Shown here: piece after piece, positions 36,237 through 44,177 of the stretch
Numbering within the stretch: the first letter of the stretch is position 1
How the letters are laid out: each line of letters opens with the position of its first letter
IMG/VR virus record: IMGVR_UViG_3300049988_000124
Coordinates: 32,001-96,000 of that record
Reading direction: 5' to 3' (one strand)
Length of the DNA stretch: 64,000 nt
DNA from: a virus
Lineage: Duplodnaviria; Caudoviricetes
Program-made: the position numbers and the translations under genes
The notes under the pieces: model-generated
Told to the model about the DNA's origin: nothing
What the model saw: only the letters and a program-made list of their open reading frames with translations
The model's database searches: none

Positions 36237-36725
36237 TTGTTAGTGATGGCAATTGTTCAACCTCCCCCTACCGAACCTGTTAGCCTTTTTACCACCGCTC
36301 GGTTCGTCGACACTGAAGAGTTCCGATACGGAAGGCGTCTGCGCGCCGTCTATGACTTACATTACGAGCTTTTCTACAAAGGATCTAGGCTCGCCATCCG
36401 TGTTCCAGATGGCTTCAAGACCGATGGACCATCATGGCCTATCTGGGTAGATCATCTCTTGGCGATCATCAAATCGATCATGCGATTGATTGGCTTAGAA
36501 GCGTACATCCCTTCGCTACCTGATCTCCACATGGTGCGTTCTAGTGCCTTGCACGACTTCTTGCGTGAGCGTCTTCTTGTTCCCAAGATCGTGGGAGATT
36601 ACATCTTCTTGTCGGCGCTAAAGGCTGAAGGATGTTCGCTCGTCTTTCGCTGGCTCGCATTTCTTGCAGTCCTGTGTAATGTTAGTCGCAAGCGTGGGAC
36701 GACCCTACCCATTCCATTAAATTGA
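36237..36725 (+). CDS. DUF1353-like protein
   Basis: IRVPDGFKTDGPSWP ... SALHDFL ... GDYIFLSAL matches DUF1353 (VPxGFxTDxASxP ... A.LHDxL). Confidence 0.75.
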   Translation: MLVMAIVQPPPTEPVSLFTTARFVDTEEFRYGRRLRAVYDLHYELFYKGSRLAIRVPDGFKTDGPSWPIWVDHLLAIIKSIMRLIGLEAYIPSLPDLHMVRSSALHDFLRERLLVPKIVGDYIFLSALKAEGCSLVFRWLAFLAVLCNVSRKRGTTLPIPLN

Positions 36726-36752
36726 ATAGTTTTTGAACACGAGGAATAACCC

Positions 36753-37394
36753 ATGGCATTTGCCTATTTTGACAATGACAAGTGGAACGAGATCACCGGT
36801 GACTTTACACTAGGTGAGGATTCCTACACTCTGGAAGACGTTATCTCTTCCTCAGAAGAGGCTCTTGATGATCTCGGTATCAAGGTTATCCAAGAGCCAA
36901 CTGAATCGTTCAAGGGTGCACGCGGTGAGCGTCACATCGAAGATCAGGAAGGTGTTCCTTTCTGGAAGTACGAGATCCTTCCTGAAATTGATCCCCTGGA
37001 AGATGCTCGTAAAGCAGCTGAATTAGCTGCCGCTAAACAAGCCATTGAGAATCGTATTCAGCAGGCTTTCAATCGAGGTTATCTCGTTGATCCGGTTAAG
37101 TATCCGGACTTCATTGGTGAGCGCCTTCAGTGCCGTGATGATTCCGATCGCACCAACTGGTTGGTGGCTGAGAAAGAATATGTCAAGGCTGTAGATGCCG
37201 GGGCAGGTGCAATAAAGTCGGCTGAGTTCCGGGTCATGTCAAACAAGACCATCAAAGCTACCTTCGACGATGCTGTCTCCATTCTCAGTGATCTGACCGC
37301 CTGGGGTTTCATCATCATGAAGCGTGGTTGGGCCTTGAAGGATGCACTGGCTGCTGGTGACGAATATGATCTCGAGGCTGGTTGGCCCGCGTAA
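36753..37394 (+). CDS. Tail fibre assembly chaperone-like protein (DUF4376-like, paralog 2)
   Basis: GERLQCRDDSDRTNW...FRVMSNKTI...RGWALKDA...YDLEAGWP. Confidence 0.65.
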   Translation: MAFAYFDNDKWNEITGDFTLGEDSYTLEDVISSSEEALDDLGIKVIQEPTESFKGARGERHIEDQEGVPFWKYEILPEIDPLEDARKAAELAAAKQAIENRIQQAFNRGYLVDPVKYPDFIGERLQCRDDSDRTNWLVAEKEYVKAVDAGAGAIKSAEFRVMSNKTIKATFDDAVSILSDLTAWGFIIMKRGWALKDALAAGDEYDLEAGWPA

Positions 37395-37402
37395 CTTTTA
37401 GA

Positions 37403-37451
37403 CAAAAAAGAAATAGGAGAAGAGTGAGGGGGCATCTGCCCCCTCACTCTT
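37403..37451. terminator. Bidirectional terminator between the fibre locus and the early region
   Basis: AAGAGTGAGGGGGC-ATCT-GCCCCCTCACTCTT (14-bp stem); CAAAAAAGAAA at 37403-37413 on the left and a T-tract on the right. Confidence 0.85.
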
Positions 37452-37788
37452 TCTTTGTAGATTTCCACCCGGGATCATTCACCGCTCTCCACGTGGGTTT
37501 TGGAACCGAGTGTACCGGTGTACTCCCTTCCCCTCTCATGACCTTGGTGAGATTACTGACAAGGGCTTCAGCTCCTTCAGCGCTAATGACTAGTCTTGTT
37601 TTTAATCCGTCCTTGTTCACGAATTGAAGACCGTAACTACCGTCACTAAGTGCCACAGTAGTAACAGTTGATCCTTCGATTGGTTCGCTATGAACTTCTC
37701 TCAGCCCTACGATCCGATCACCCATTTTTGTGCTCAACCCGGTCAATGGAGATACTGCTCGGCCTGATGGTGTAGTGAAGAACATCAA
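37444..37788 (-). CDS. Hypothetical protein
   Basis: ORF ending at the terminator; the start is probably the internal MGDRIV. Confidence 0.5.
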   Translation of the reverse strand: MMFFTTPSGRAVSPLTGLSTKMGDRIVGLREVHSEPIEGSTVTTVALSDGSYGLQFVNKDGLKTRLVISAEGAEALVSNLTKVMRGEGSTPVHSVPKPTWRAVNDPGWKSTKKE

Positions 37789-38071
37789 CGTGTGCAGTAC
37801 CTTCCTTCATGGTAGGGACGACCTGGCGATAATCCTCTTCGAAGACCTGATTAGTAACGACGATCTCGCGATCATCCTCGTACTTGATGATCCAATCACC
37901 ATCCGCGATTGGCGAGGTGAGCGTGCCGGATCGAAGATAATGGGTGATGCCCGTTGGCGTTGACATATTGGTACTGAGAGGGTGAACGCTGGGATGGGTA
38001 TCACCAAGGTGCCACTGGGTGGCAGTGGCGAGATGTCGCTTACTAACGTAGCGAGTAGGAAAGAGTTCCAT
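37718..38071 (-). CDS. Conserved-type phage hypothetical protein
   Basis: QWHLGDTHP...IADGDWII...VFEEDY, a recurrent phage ORF pattern. Confidence 0.6.
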   Translation of the reverse strand: MELFPTRYVSKRHLATATQWHLGDTHPSVHPLSTNMSTPTGITHYLRSGTLTSPIADGDWIIKYEDDREIVVTNQVFEEDYRQVVPTMKEGTAHVDVLHYTIRPSSISIDRVEHKNG

Positions 38072-38517
38072 TAAACTTTCTCCGGATCAAAGTTAAGAAA
38101 GAGTAGGTTAGCCTCGAAGTCAGCCCTGGTCTCATGCGCTAGGTGAACAACGTCGTCTGACAAATGAGCAGTAGGCCCAAGCTTACTGTACCCGCCGTAG
38201 CGGTGACGAAGGGTACCAGGTAAAACTTCTGAGGGAACCATGTTGCCGAAGTAATCATCCAGACACTGTGTCGGATTAGTCACCCGGTCAACGTGAGTGA
38301 ACAAGCAGATCCAACTAGGACCCTTTGCTCCTGCGGGAAAGACCGATCGGTTGTTACTGTGTCGAAGAGCATCCAAGGTCATCGAGCACAATGCAAATTG
38401 TCGGTACATCCTCAGAACAACGGGACAATGGTTAAGGATAGCTTCTAGAATGTTGGGCGCGTCTCCACGCCCAACCGATAGCGGCTTGATAACGACCAAG
38501 CCAAACGGCACGCTCAC
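38071..38517 (-). CDS. ndk: Divergent nucleoside-diphosphate kinase-like protein
   Basis: VVIKP..V.RG, GP, G...P.E..PGTLR..YG and TAHLSD (catalytic HxSD) in NDK order; 148 aa. Confidence 0.6.
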   Translation of the reverse strand: MSVPFGLVVIKPLSVGRGDAPNILEAILNHCPVVLRMYRQFALCSMTLDALRHSNNRSVFPAGAKGPSWICLFTHVDRVTNPTQCLDDYFGNMVPSEVLPGTLRHRYGGYSKLGPTAHLSDDVVHLAHETRADFEANLLFLNFDPEKV

Positions 38518-39218
38518 GGTGTTGGTAGTTGAGAGGTGATGGGAACATCCTCCTCCCGCTCCTCGTTGAGCTCGATGTCACCAGTAATTCCAGGCTCCTT
38601 CATGCGCACCGGATTGTCCATGGCAAACTTCTCGAACTCGTCGATCCGGTCCTGTACCGCTTTCTTGTGGTGATCGTCGTGGATGAGGTAGAGGTAATCC
38701 TTCAAGACTGCCAGGCTATGGAAGTCTCGTGCCCGAAGGATAAAGGTCGGCTCATCCTTGGGGATGGGCTCGCCGGAGATCCGGTTAACGAACTGACCGT
38801 TCTCGAACTTGTACTTGCGGTCCTGACCACCTGGATCAGTTGAGTGTGATTCCTCTTTGATTTCCTTCAAGGCGTTCTGAAGAATCTCCCACGGATTACC
38901 ACAATCGTAGATGATGTGCGGCTCATCAAAACCATCATTACCCGTCGACACACTGGGCGTACATTTCAGCGCACTCTCGATGGCATCACTGAGAATCTTC
39001 ATACCCTTGGTTGTGTAGATGGGGTACAGTTGCGTCATGGAACCGGTGAACCATTCCACCAACGAGTCGAAAGTCTCAAATGTTTCATCGAACGCTTTGA
39101 TCTCGTGGCTGTAATAGCCGCTCCCGTTATCGTCGTCGGTCTGGGTCTTCAGTTTCTCTAACGCTCCGCGCCAAGCGTCACGGTGCGTCTTTACATTCAG
39201 CAGTCTATCCATGATCAT
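38514..39218 (-). CDS. Hypothetical protein
   Basis: 234 aa; the C-terminal GEPIPKDEPTFILRARD segment resembles a recurrent phage domain. Confidence 0.65.
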   Translation of the reverse strand: MIMDRLLNVKTHRDAWRGALEKLKTQTDDDNGSGYYSHEIKAFDETFETFDSLVEWFTGSMTQLYPIYTTKGMKILSDAIESALKCTPSVSTGNDGFDEPHIIYDCGNPWEILQNALKEIKEESHSTDPGGQDRKYKFENGQFVNRISGEPIPKDEPTFILRARDFHSLAVLKDYLYLIHDDHHKKAVQDRIDEFEKFAMDNPVRMKEPGITGDIELNEEREEDVPITSQLPTP

Positions 39219-39231
39219 CGTTTCTTCTCCT

Positions 39232-40200
39232 TTAGTAGGGCATGTCTTCTTCGATCATGAGATCCTCGGTCTCAATGTCGGTTCCAGGATCACCGAAGAT
39301 TGCTACCCGCCTGGTGCGCATACCAATCTTTTCCTGACTAGCCAACCACACTTGCATGGCGGACAGTCGGTTGTTGTTGTGACCCTTGGGTTTGATCAAG
39401 ATAACGTCGTCGGCCATCTCGCACATCAAGTTACCCTGATGTAGATTAGCACCAATCCCGTTCTTGGCCTTGTTGGGTTTAACAACGAGGCAAGGCTTTC
39501 CTGTCTTGCGGTGAACGTAGGTGGCATCCTGATCCTTTAGAAAGTCAGTACCACCGATATACGCATCGACCCCTGGGTACCCACCAGAGATAATGCCGTC
39601 ATAGTCACTGAGTGACAAGCCCATCTTGACTTCGAGGGACTTCTCAATAGCCCAGTCAATCGCCTCCTGCTCTTTTTCCGTGAGACCATAATCGAGGGGA
39701 CCTGCGATCATGAGGTACTTGGAGCGAATGTCTGTCTTGTCCGGTGACATGGACAGGAAGATCGTGGCATCGAGATCACCTAGGAACTCGATCATCATCG
39801 GGTAAACCGTGTCGTAGGTCTGCTTCCCCAGACCACAACCGAGCATCGGCATACCAACGGCGGCGTAGCGATATTGATCTTGCAAGAGAACTTCACGCAA
39901 AGCAATAAGCCCGCGCTTGATATCTGCTTCCTCCGACTTGTTGACGTAGTGATCCTTGGTGGGAAAGTTAATAATCCCCCACGGCTGATCAGTGTCGGTG
40001 ATGATCTGAACCGTGCCGATGCGCAGTTCCTTACTGCGACACGCTGCCCGGTACACTTCGATGTGGTTGGGAGCCTTGTCCCTGAAGACGGCGGCGAGGC
40101 CTGCACCCGATACACCCCTGAGGTTAACCGGGTTGACCATGAAGTCCATGACTGATTCGAACTCGAACATGTCGTGAGTCACGCGGTGAATAAGCGGCAT
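39232..40200 (-). CDS. DarG/Poa1-like Macro domain fused to a SLOG (YspA-like) domain
   Basis: Macro: VNPVNLRGVSGAGLA..F, IINFPTKDH, MPMLGCGLG. SLOG-like: LMIAG, IISGGYPGVD, GNLMCEMADDVILI. Confidence 0.75.
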   Translation of the reverse strand: MPLIHRVTHDMFEFESVMDFMVNPVNLRGVSGAGLAAVFRDKAPNHIEVYRAACRSKELRIGTVQIITDTDQPWGIINFPTKDHYVNKSEEADIKRGLIALREVLLQDQYRYAAVGMPMLGCGLGKQTYDTVYPMMIEFLGDLDATIFLSMSPDKTDIRSKYLMIAGPLDYGLTEKEQEAIDWAIEKSLEVKMGLSLSDYDGIISGGYPGVDAYIGGTDFLKDQDATYVHRKTGKPCLVVKPNKAKNGIGANLHQGNLMCEMADDVILIKPKGHNNNRLSAMQVWLASQEKIGMRTRRVAIFGDPGTDIETEDLMIEEDMPY

Positions 40201-40217
40201 AACACCTCCTAATTAGG

Positions 40218-40574
40218 TTACCCGAAGATGTCGGAAAACCCCGATTCATGAGTCGCGATGTGAATGATGGCATCCACTGGATCAGTCTCGCAACGAGAGA
40301 TCTCGTAATTACGAACACTAACGCCGCGCCGCTGATATTGAAACAAGACGTAATTAACAGCATCGTCAGAACGCTCACTGACTACCCGGTGAGTTTTAAC
40401 GTGACCTGGTTCGTACTGAGCATCGGTAATCGACTTTTTCTCTTCTTCCGATTTGTCTAGAAACATCCTTGACTGGAAAATATCTTCACGCTGATGACGC
40501 AGTCGCTCGAACGTGACATCGATGGTGTGAATAAACAAACGCTGTTTTGCCATGGTAGATACTCCATCACTCAT
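40218..40574 (-). CDS. Hypothetical protein
   Basis: 118-aa ORF (start possibly MAKQR); tiles in the operon. Confidence 0.6.
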   Translation of the reverse strand: MSDGVSTMAKQRLFIHTIDVTFERLRHQREDIFQSRMFLDKSEEEKKSITDAQYEPGHVKTHRVVSERSDDAVNYVLFQYQRRGVSVRNYEISRCETDPVDAIIHIATHESGFSDIFG

Positions 40575-40603
40575 ACCGAGTGTGCTAAAGGGTATTAATG
40601 ATA

Positions 40604-40633
40604 ATCAGAGGAAGGGTCGCCCCCTCCTCTGAT
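40604..40633 (-). terminator. Hairpin terminator after the CtrA-like gene
   Basis: ATCAGAGGA...TCCTCTGAT inverted repeat. Confidence 0.6.
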
Positions 40634-40666
40634 ACCAGTAACAACCACTTATGTGTGAAAAGATAC

Positions 40667-41086
40667 TTACGCAGCTTGATCGAGTTCACGGGGATCATTA
40701 CCCCAGGCCTGGATGATGTCGATACTGGCCGCATCCAAGTAGTAACCTCGACCCCAAGATGTCAGCACTTCAAGACCGTAGTTCTTCATCTTCTTGCGAA
40801 GCTTGCAAACAAAGACGTCGACGATCTTTGGTTCCGGCTGATCTATCTGATCGTAGTAGAGGGCGTAGAAGAGACGCTCTCTAGTAACGACTCCGCCTTT
40901 GGCTACGTAAAGTGCGGCAACGATGCGAGCCTCTTGCGTAGTAAGCCCAATCTCAATAGGTGGTTCCCACTCAGGAGGACGAAGAGTAAGGCGAAGCTGA
41001 GTGATCTCTTCTTCTTTCTCACTGAGAAGAGCTTTCAGTTGTCTGATCTCCTCTCTCAGGAGAACAGGATCATCGACTTTAAGCAT
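40667..41086 (-). CDS. CtrA-like OmpR/PhoB winged-helix DNA-binding domain with an N-terminal coiled coil and no receiver domain
   Basis: LTTQE...LY..EPKIVDVFVCKLRKK...TSWGRGYYL closely matches the CtrA C-terminus (EPELKIIDVFICKLRKK...TVWGRGY). Start reassigned to 41086 (GGAG RBS, overlaps the upstream stop). Confidence 0.85.
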   Translation of the reverse strand: MLKVDDPVLLREEIRQLKALLSEKEEEITQLRLTLRPPEWEPPIEIGLTTQEARIVAALYVAKGGVVTRERLFYALYYDQIDQPEPKIVDVFVCKLRKKMKNYGLEVLTSWGRGYYLDAASIDIIQAWGNDPRELDQAA

Positions 41087-41957
41087 GTTTGTTAATCTCC
41101 TGCTTAATGAATGATGCCAGGTGCCAGAACTGCGCTTCTCGCTGATTACCAGCTTCTCTGGCATGTGCCATCTTGGAGGCGACCTCCAGATCCTTTACCC
41201 CTCCCCGACCAACAGCATTGATGATCTGAAGGTCAACAGTTGCAGGCGCACCCTTTAGCGCTAGTGGACTGTTGGGCTTCAGGGTCAGCTCAGTCAGAGC
41301 CTTGATCCAGAGTTGCGAAACGCCAGGGAGACGGAGCTCTACGGCAAGGCTCATGATTCGCTGAACATAAGGACGACCACCTTGGCTGGCGAGCTCGAGA
41401 AGCGCACCAACGCAAATAGTCTCACCAACGCGCATGTCGCCGTAAGGCTTGGGACGCTTGATGACGGATGCTTCCGCGCGCTGACATCCCTCAACAACTT
41501 CAAGGGCATCCTCGTCCTTAGAGGCAACCATGGCCCAGAAGTTCTCCACCGGCGTCACTGACGTACGCTGATTGTTAAGCTTCACGAACGAGCTAGCACG
41601 GCTCTCCTTGGTCTCGCCGACCCGTCCGGGCCAACACCACAATTCACGAATGTGACCGTTGGTGAGCGCCGCAATCGAGGTGTGCTGACCATCTAGGATC
41701 TCGTAGAGAGGCAGACCTGTAGTCTCATCAGTCTCACCGATAGGCGAGACGACTGGCATGTGGAAAAGTTCCCAATCGAATTCAAGCGCAATCTTGGAGG
41801 CAAGTCTGGAACTGTCGCGACTGAGCTGTCGCTGATATTCATCGTTGATTCGAAGCTGACTAGTTTTCAGGAGGATAGGGGAGGGAGTGGGACCAGGATC
41901 GCGCTTCTCCTTACCCTTGGGAAGGATGAGTGCACGAAGTCTGCGTAGCTGAGTCAT
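41079..41957 (-). CDS. ParB/Srx-like N-terminal domain protein (DUF6551-like)
   Basis: SQLRINDEYQR...FDW..F..PVVS...YEILDGQHT..AA. Start reassigned to 41957 (AAAGGA RBS). Confidence 0.7.
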   Translation of the reverse strand: MTQLRRLRALILPKGKEKRDPGPTPSPILLKTSQLRINDEYQRQLSRDSSRLASKIALEFDWELFHMPVVSPIGETDETTGLPLYEILDGQHTSIAALTNGHIRELWCWPGRVGETKESRASSFVKLNNQRTSVTPVENFWAMVASKDEDALEVVEGCQRAEASVIKRPKPYGDMRVGETICVGALLELASQGGRPYVQRIMSLAVELRLPGVSQLWIKALTELTLKPNSPLALKGAPATVDLQIINAVGRGGVKDLEVASKMAHAREAGNQREAQFWHLASFIKQEINKHA

Positions 41958-42030
41958 GGGCACACATCCTTTCATTCGTGTGAGTGCGTCTATAACAAGA
42001 TTGTTTAAAAGGTTGTAATCTTCTCTGAGT

Positions 42031-42071
42031 AGGAGTGGTACACCTTAGGTTAAGTAAAGTGTACCACTCCT
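42031..42071 (-). terminator. 13-bp stem / 15-nt loop hairpin between mucR and the ParB-like gene
   Basis: AGGAGTGGTACAC...GTGTACCACTCCT; no clear U-tract, so it may be a leaky terminator or processing site. Confidence 0.55.
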
Positions 42072-42076
42072 GGTAA

Positions 42077-42520
42077 TTACTTCTTCTTGGTGATCTTCTG
42101 ACCAGCCTTACGACCCAGGCCCATCTTCTTGGCAGTCTCACTGCGCTGCTTCGAATACGAGGGAGCGACCACCGGATAGTCATCCTTCAGTCCGTAGCGA
42201 GCCCGGTACTCCGCTGCGGTCAGACCGTGACCGGTGAGATGTCGCTTCAACGTACGGTAGGGTTTCCCGTCGATCATGGAGATGATGTAGTCGGGCAGCT
42301 TGGCGAGTGACTGACGCACCGTGACTGCCTTGGTGAACGTCTCCGGTGCTTCCTTGGCAACAGACACGCCTCCGTTACCGATTTGCTGAAGCGTAGTGTC
42401 GATGCTCGTGAGAAGAATAACAGCGTCCTCGGCGGTAGCCTTATTCGATGGGTTCTCGAGGAACGCGGCCGTAATCACTGCTGCTACATTGACACGGTGT
42501 GCAGCGTTAATGGGGAGCAT
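42077..42520 (-). CDS. mucR: MucR/Ros-family transcriptional regulator (zinc-less type)
   Basis: AVTVRQSL...DYIISMIDGKPYRTLKRHL..HGLT..EYRARYGL..DYPVVAPSYS..RS..AKKMGLGRK is the Ros/MucR signature. GGAGG RBS. Confidence 0.93.
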   Translation of the reverse strand: MLPINAAHRVNVAAVITAAFLENPSNKATAEDAVILLTSIDTTLQQIGNGGVSVAKEAPETFTKAVTVRQSLAKLPDYIISMIDGKPYRTLKRHLTGHGLTAAEYRARYGLKDDYPVVAPSYSKQRSETAKKMGLGRKAGQKITKKK

Positions 42521-42586
42521 AAGAACCTCCTATTGGGTTGTGGAAAACAACAAGGAACAAGGGCACATAGCAACCTGTCCAAGGTA

Positions 42587-42594
42587 GTAATATA
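42587..42594 (-). promoter_or_regulatory. Early promoter motif TATATTAC upstream of mucR
   Basis: Exact match 67 nt upstream of the mucR start. Confidence 0.75.
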
Positions 42595-42598
42595 AAGG

Positions 42599-43477
42599 TT
42601 GACTAGCGATGGAAAAAACAATGACCGCCATCGTATGACCCCTCAAGTTTTATCAAGGTGTACCATGCCACAACCCGCTATGTCCTACGTACTCTCCCAC
42701 GTTATGCAGAACATTCCTCGCCAGCTCCTCGACCTGGCATTTCGCCCTCGCCAGTTCAACACCACTATTGAACAGCGCATCATCTCTGAGGTAGTTGAGG
42801 GACCCGTCCTTCTCGACCTTAACCTGGTCGGTGGTAAGCAGCGCACCATCATCATGAACTCCCAGTGGCAGATGCCGCTCGATCACGTGGAATCATTCGG
42901 GCTAATCGGTGTTGGTATGGAAGCGACCTTCTACGCCATTCCGCCTGAAGCACGCGAGTATCGCAACATCTCTTCTGTATTGGGGGTGAGTGCATTTGCT
43001 GGTGGCGCTGGTTACGGTGCTGGCGCTAACATGAATGGTCAGGATTTCGGTAACACTGCTACCTCACTCCTCAGTGAGATGCTGGGAACTCATACTGGTC
43101 GCAACAACGCGATCATGCCCCAGATGTCGCTGGAGGGATCGAACATCATTCGCTTCTATCCAGAGCTCATCACCGATGGTCTGGCGATCCGTGTCATGTT
43201 GGAACAGGACTCAGAGTTCCTCAACATGAACACCTCAGCGATCTTCGCGCTGCGAAATTTCTGCCTGTGTGCCACCATGCGCTACGTGGTCAACAACCTC
43301 ATCGTTCCGGTTGATGAGACCGAAGTTGTCGCTGGTATGGAGATCGGGGTAATCAAGACGCTGATCATGGAGTATAAGCAGGAAGTCGAGAAGTACAACG
43401 AACTCCTTGTCAAGCTGAAAGGTGCTATGCACTTTGATCAGCAGACCATTGGTCGCATGATGTATTTTGCACTATAA
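42599..43477 (+). CDS. Putative phiKZ-like virion structural protein
   Basis: Lone + strand gene in the early region. Likely start at 42665 or 42680, with TATGAC at 42634. The IPRQLLDLAF N-terminus resembles phiKZ-like structural proteins, from recall only. Confidence 0.55.
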   Translation: MTSDGKNNDRHRMTPQVLSRCTMPQPAMSYVLSHVMQNIPRQLLDLAFRPRQFNTTIEQRIISEVVEGPVLLDLNLVGGKQRTIIMNSQWQMPLDHVESFGLIGVGMEATFYAIPPEAREYRNISSVLGVSAFAGGAGYGAGANMNGQDFGNTATSLLSEMLGTHTGRNNAIMPQMSLEGSNIIRFYPELITDGLAIRVMLEQDSEFLNMNTSAIFALRNFCLCATMRYVVNNLIVPVDETEVVAGMEIGVIKTLIMEYKQEVEKYNELLVKLKGAMHFDQQTIGRMMYFAL

Positions 43478-43487
43478 GCACGAAGAA

Positions 43488-43519
43488 AGTAAGAGGAGGG
43501 CGTCTGCCCTCCTCTTACT
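43488..43519. terminator. Bidirectional hairpin terminator
   Basis: AGTAAGAGGAGGGC-GTCT-GCCCTCCTCTTACT, 14-bp stem between convergent genes. Confidence 0.85.
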
Positions 43520-43521
43520 AA

Positions 43522-44127
43522 TCAGTCACGATGTTCAACCGTCCACATTCCGACCACGGCCAGATCAGTCTCTGTCTCTCCTTCGCGAGCAGCCTGCTCC
43601 TGGAGAAGAATAACAGCGTCCAGTGGATCGTTGAGGAGTACAGAGACGAATGCCTTGAGGATCGTCTCGGAGACGCGCTTGACCTGCGGCAAGGGAGGCT
43701 TGGGGGTTAGCTCCAGCGCATTCATGATGGCGGTGTTGAGGGCAATCACGATCGAAGGACGAATCACCTCCATCGTGATATCCTCGTTGATCCCCTGGTT
43801 CACGTTGGCGTAGAAGCCGTTCATGAACTGGTCGATATCAATCGTGCTCTCGAGGCGCACATCGTCCTTGATGCTGAAGATAGCACCATTACCGTTGAGG
43901 CTGGTGATGTTGATCAGGATGCGGGTTGCATCACCGTCCTCATCGGTGCGACGATGTTCCTCAGATAAAAGCTGCGATACCTGCATCTGGGTAGCAGGGT
44001 CTGCTGCCAGGAACCCCATGAAGTTCTCATCAGCATTCAGGCGGTAGAGCTTACTCTCCACGATGAGCGGCTTACTATCTGTTCCCACCAACACTGCGGT
44101 TTCTGCCACCGGGGTTGTGTCTTCCAT
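43522..44127 (-). CDS. Hypothetical protein
   Basis: 201-aa ORF with GGAG RBS. Confidence 0.65.
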   Translation of the reverse strand: MEDTTPVAETAVLVGTDSKPLIVESKLYRLNADENFMGFLAADPATQMQVSQLLSEEHRRTDEDGDATRILINITSLNGNGAIFSIKDDVRLESTIDIDQFMNGFYANVNQGINEDITMEVIRPSIVIALNTAIMNALELTPKPPLPQVKRVSETILKAFVSVLLNDPLDAVILLQEQAAREGETETDLAVVGMWTVEHRD

Positions 44128-44177
44128 GTATAAACTCCACGTCTAAAAGGTTCATAAGTGAGTCGACCAAACGACTA

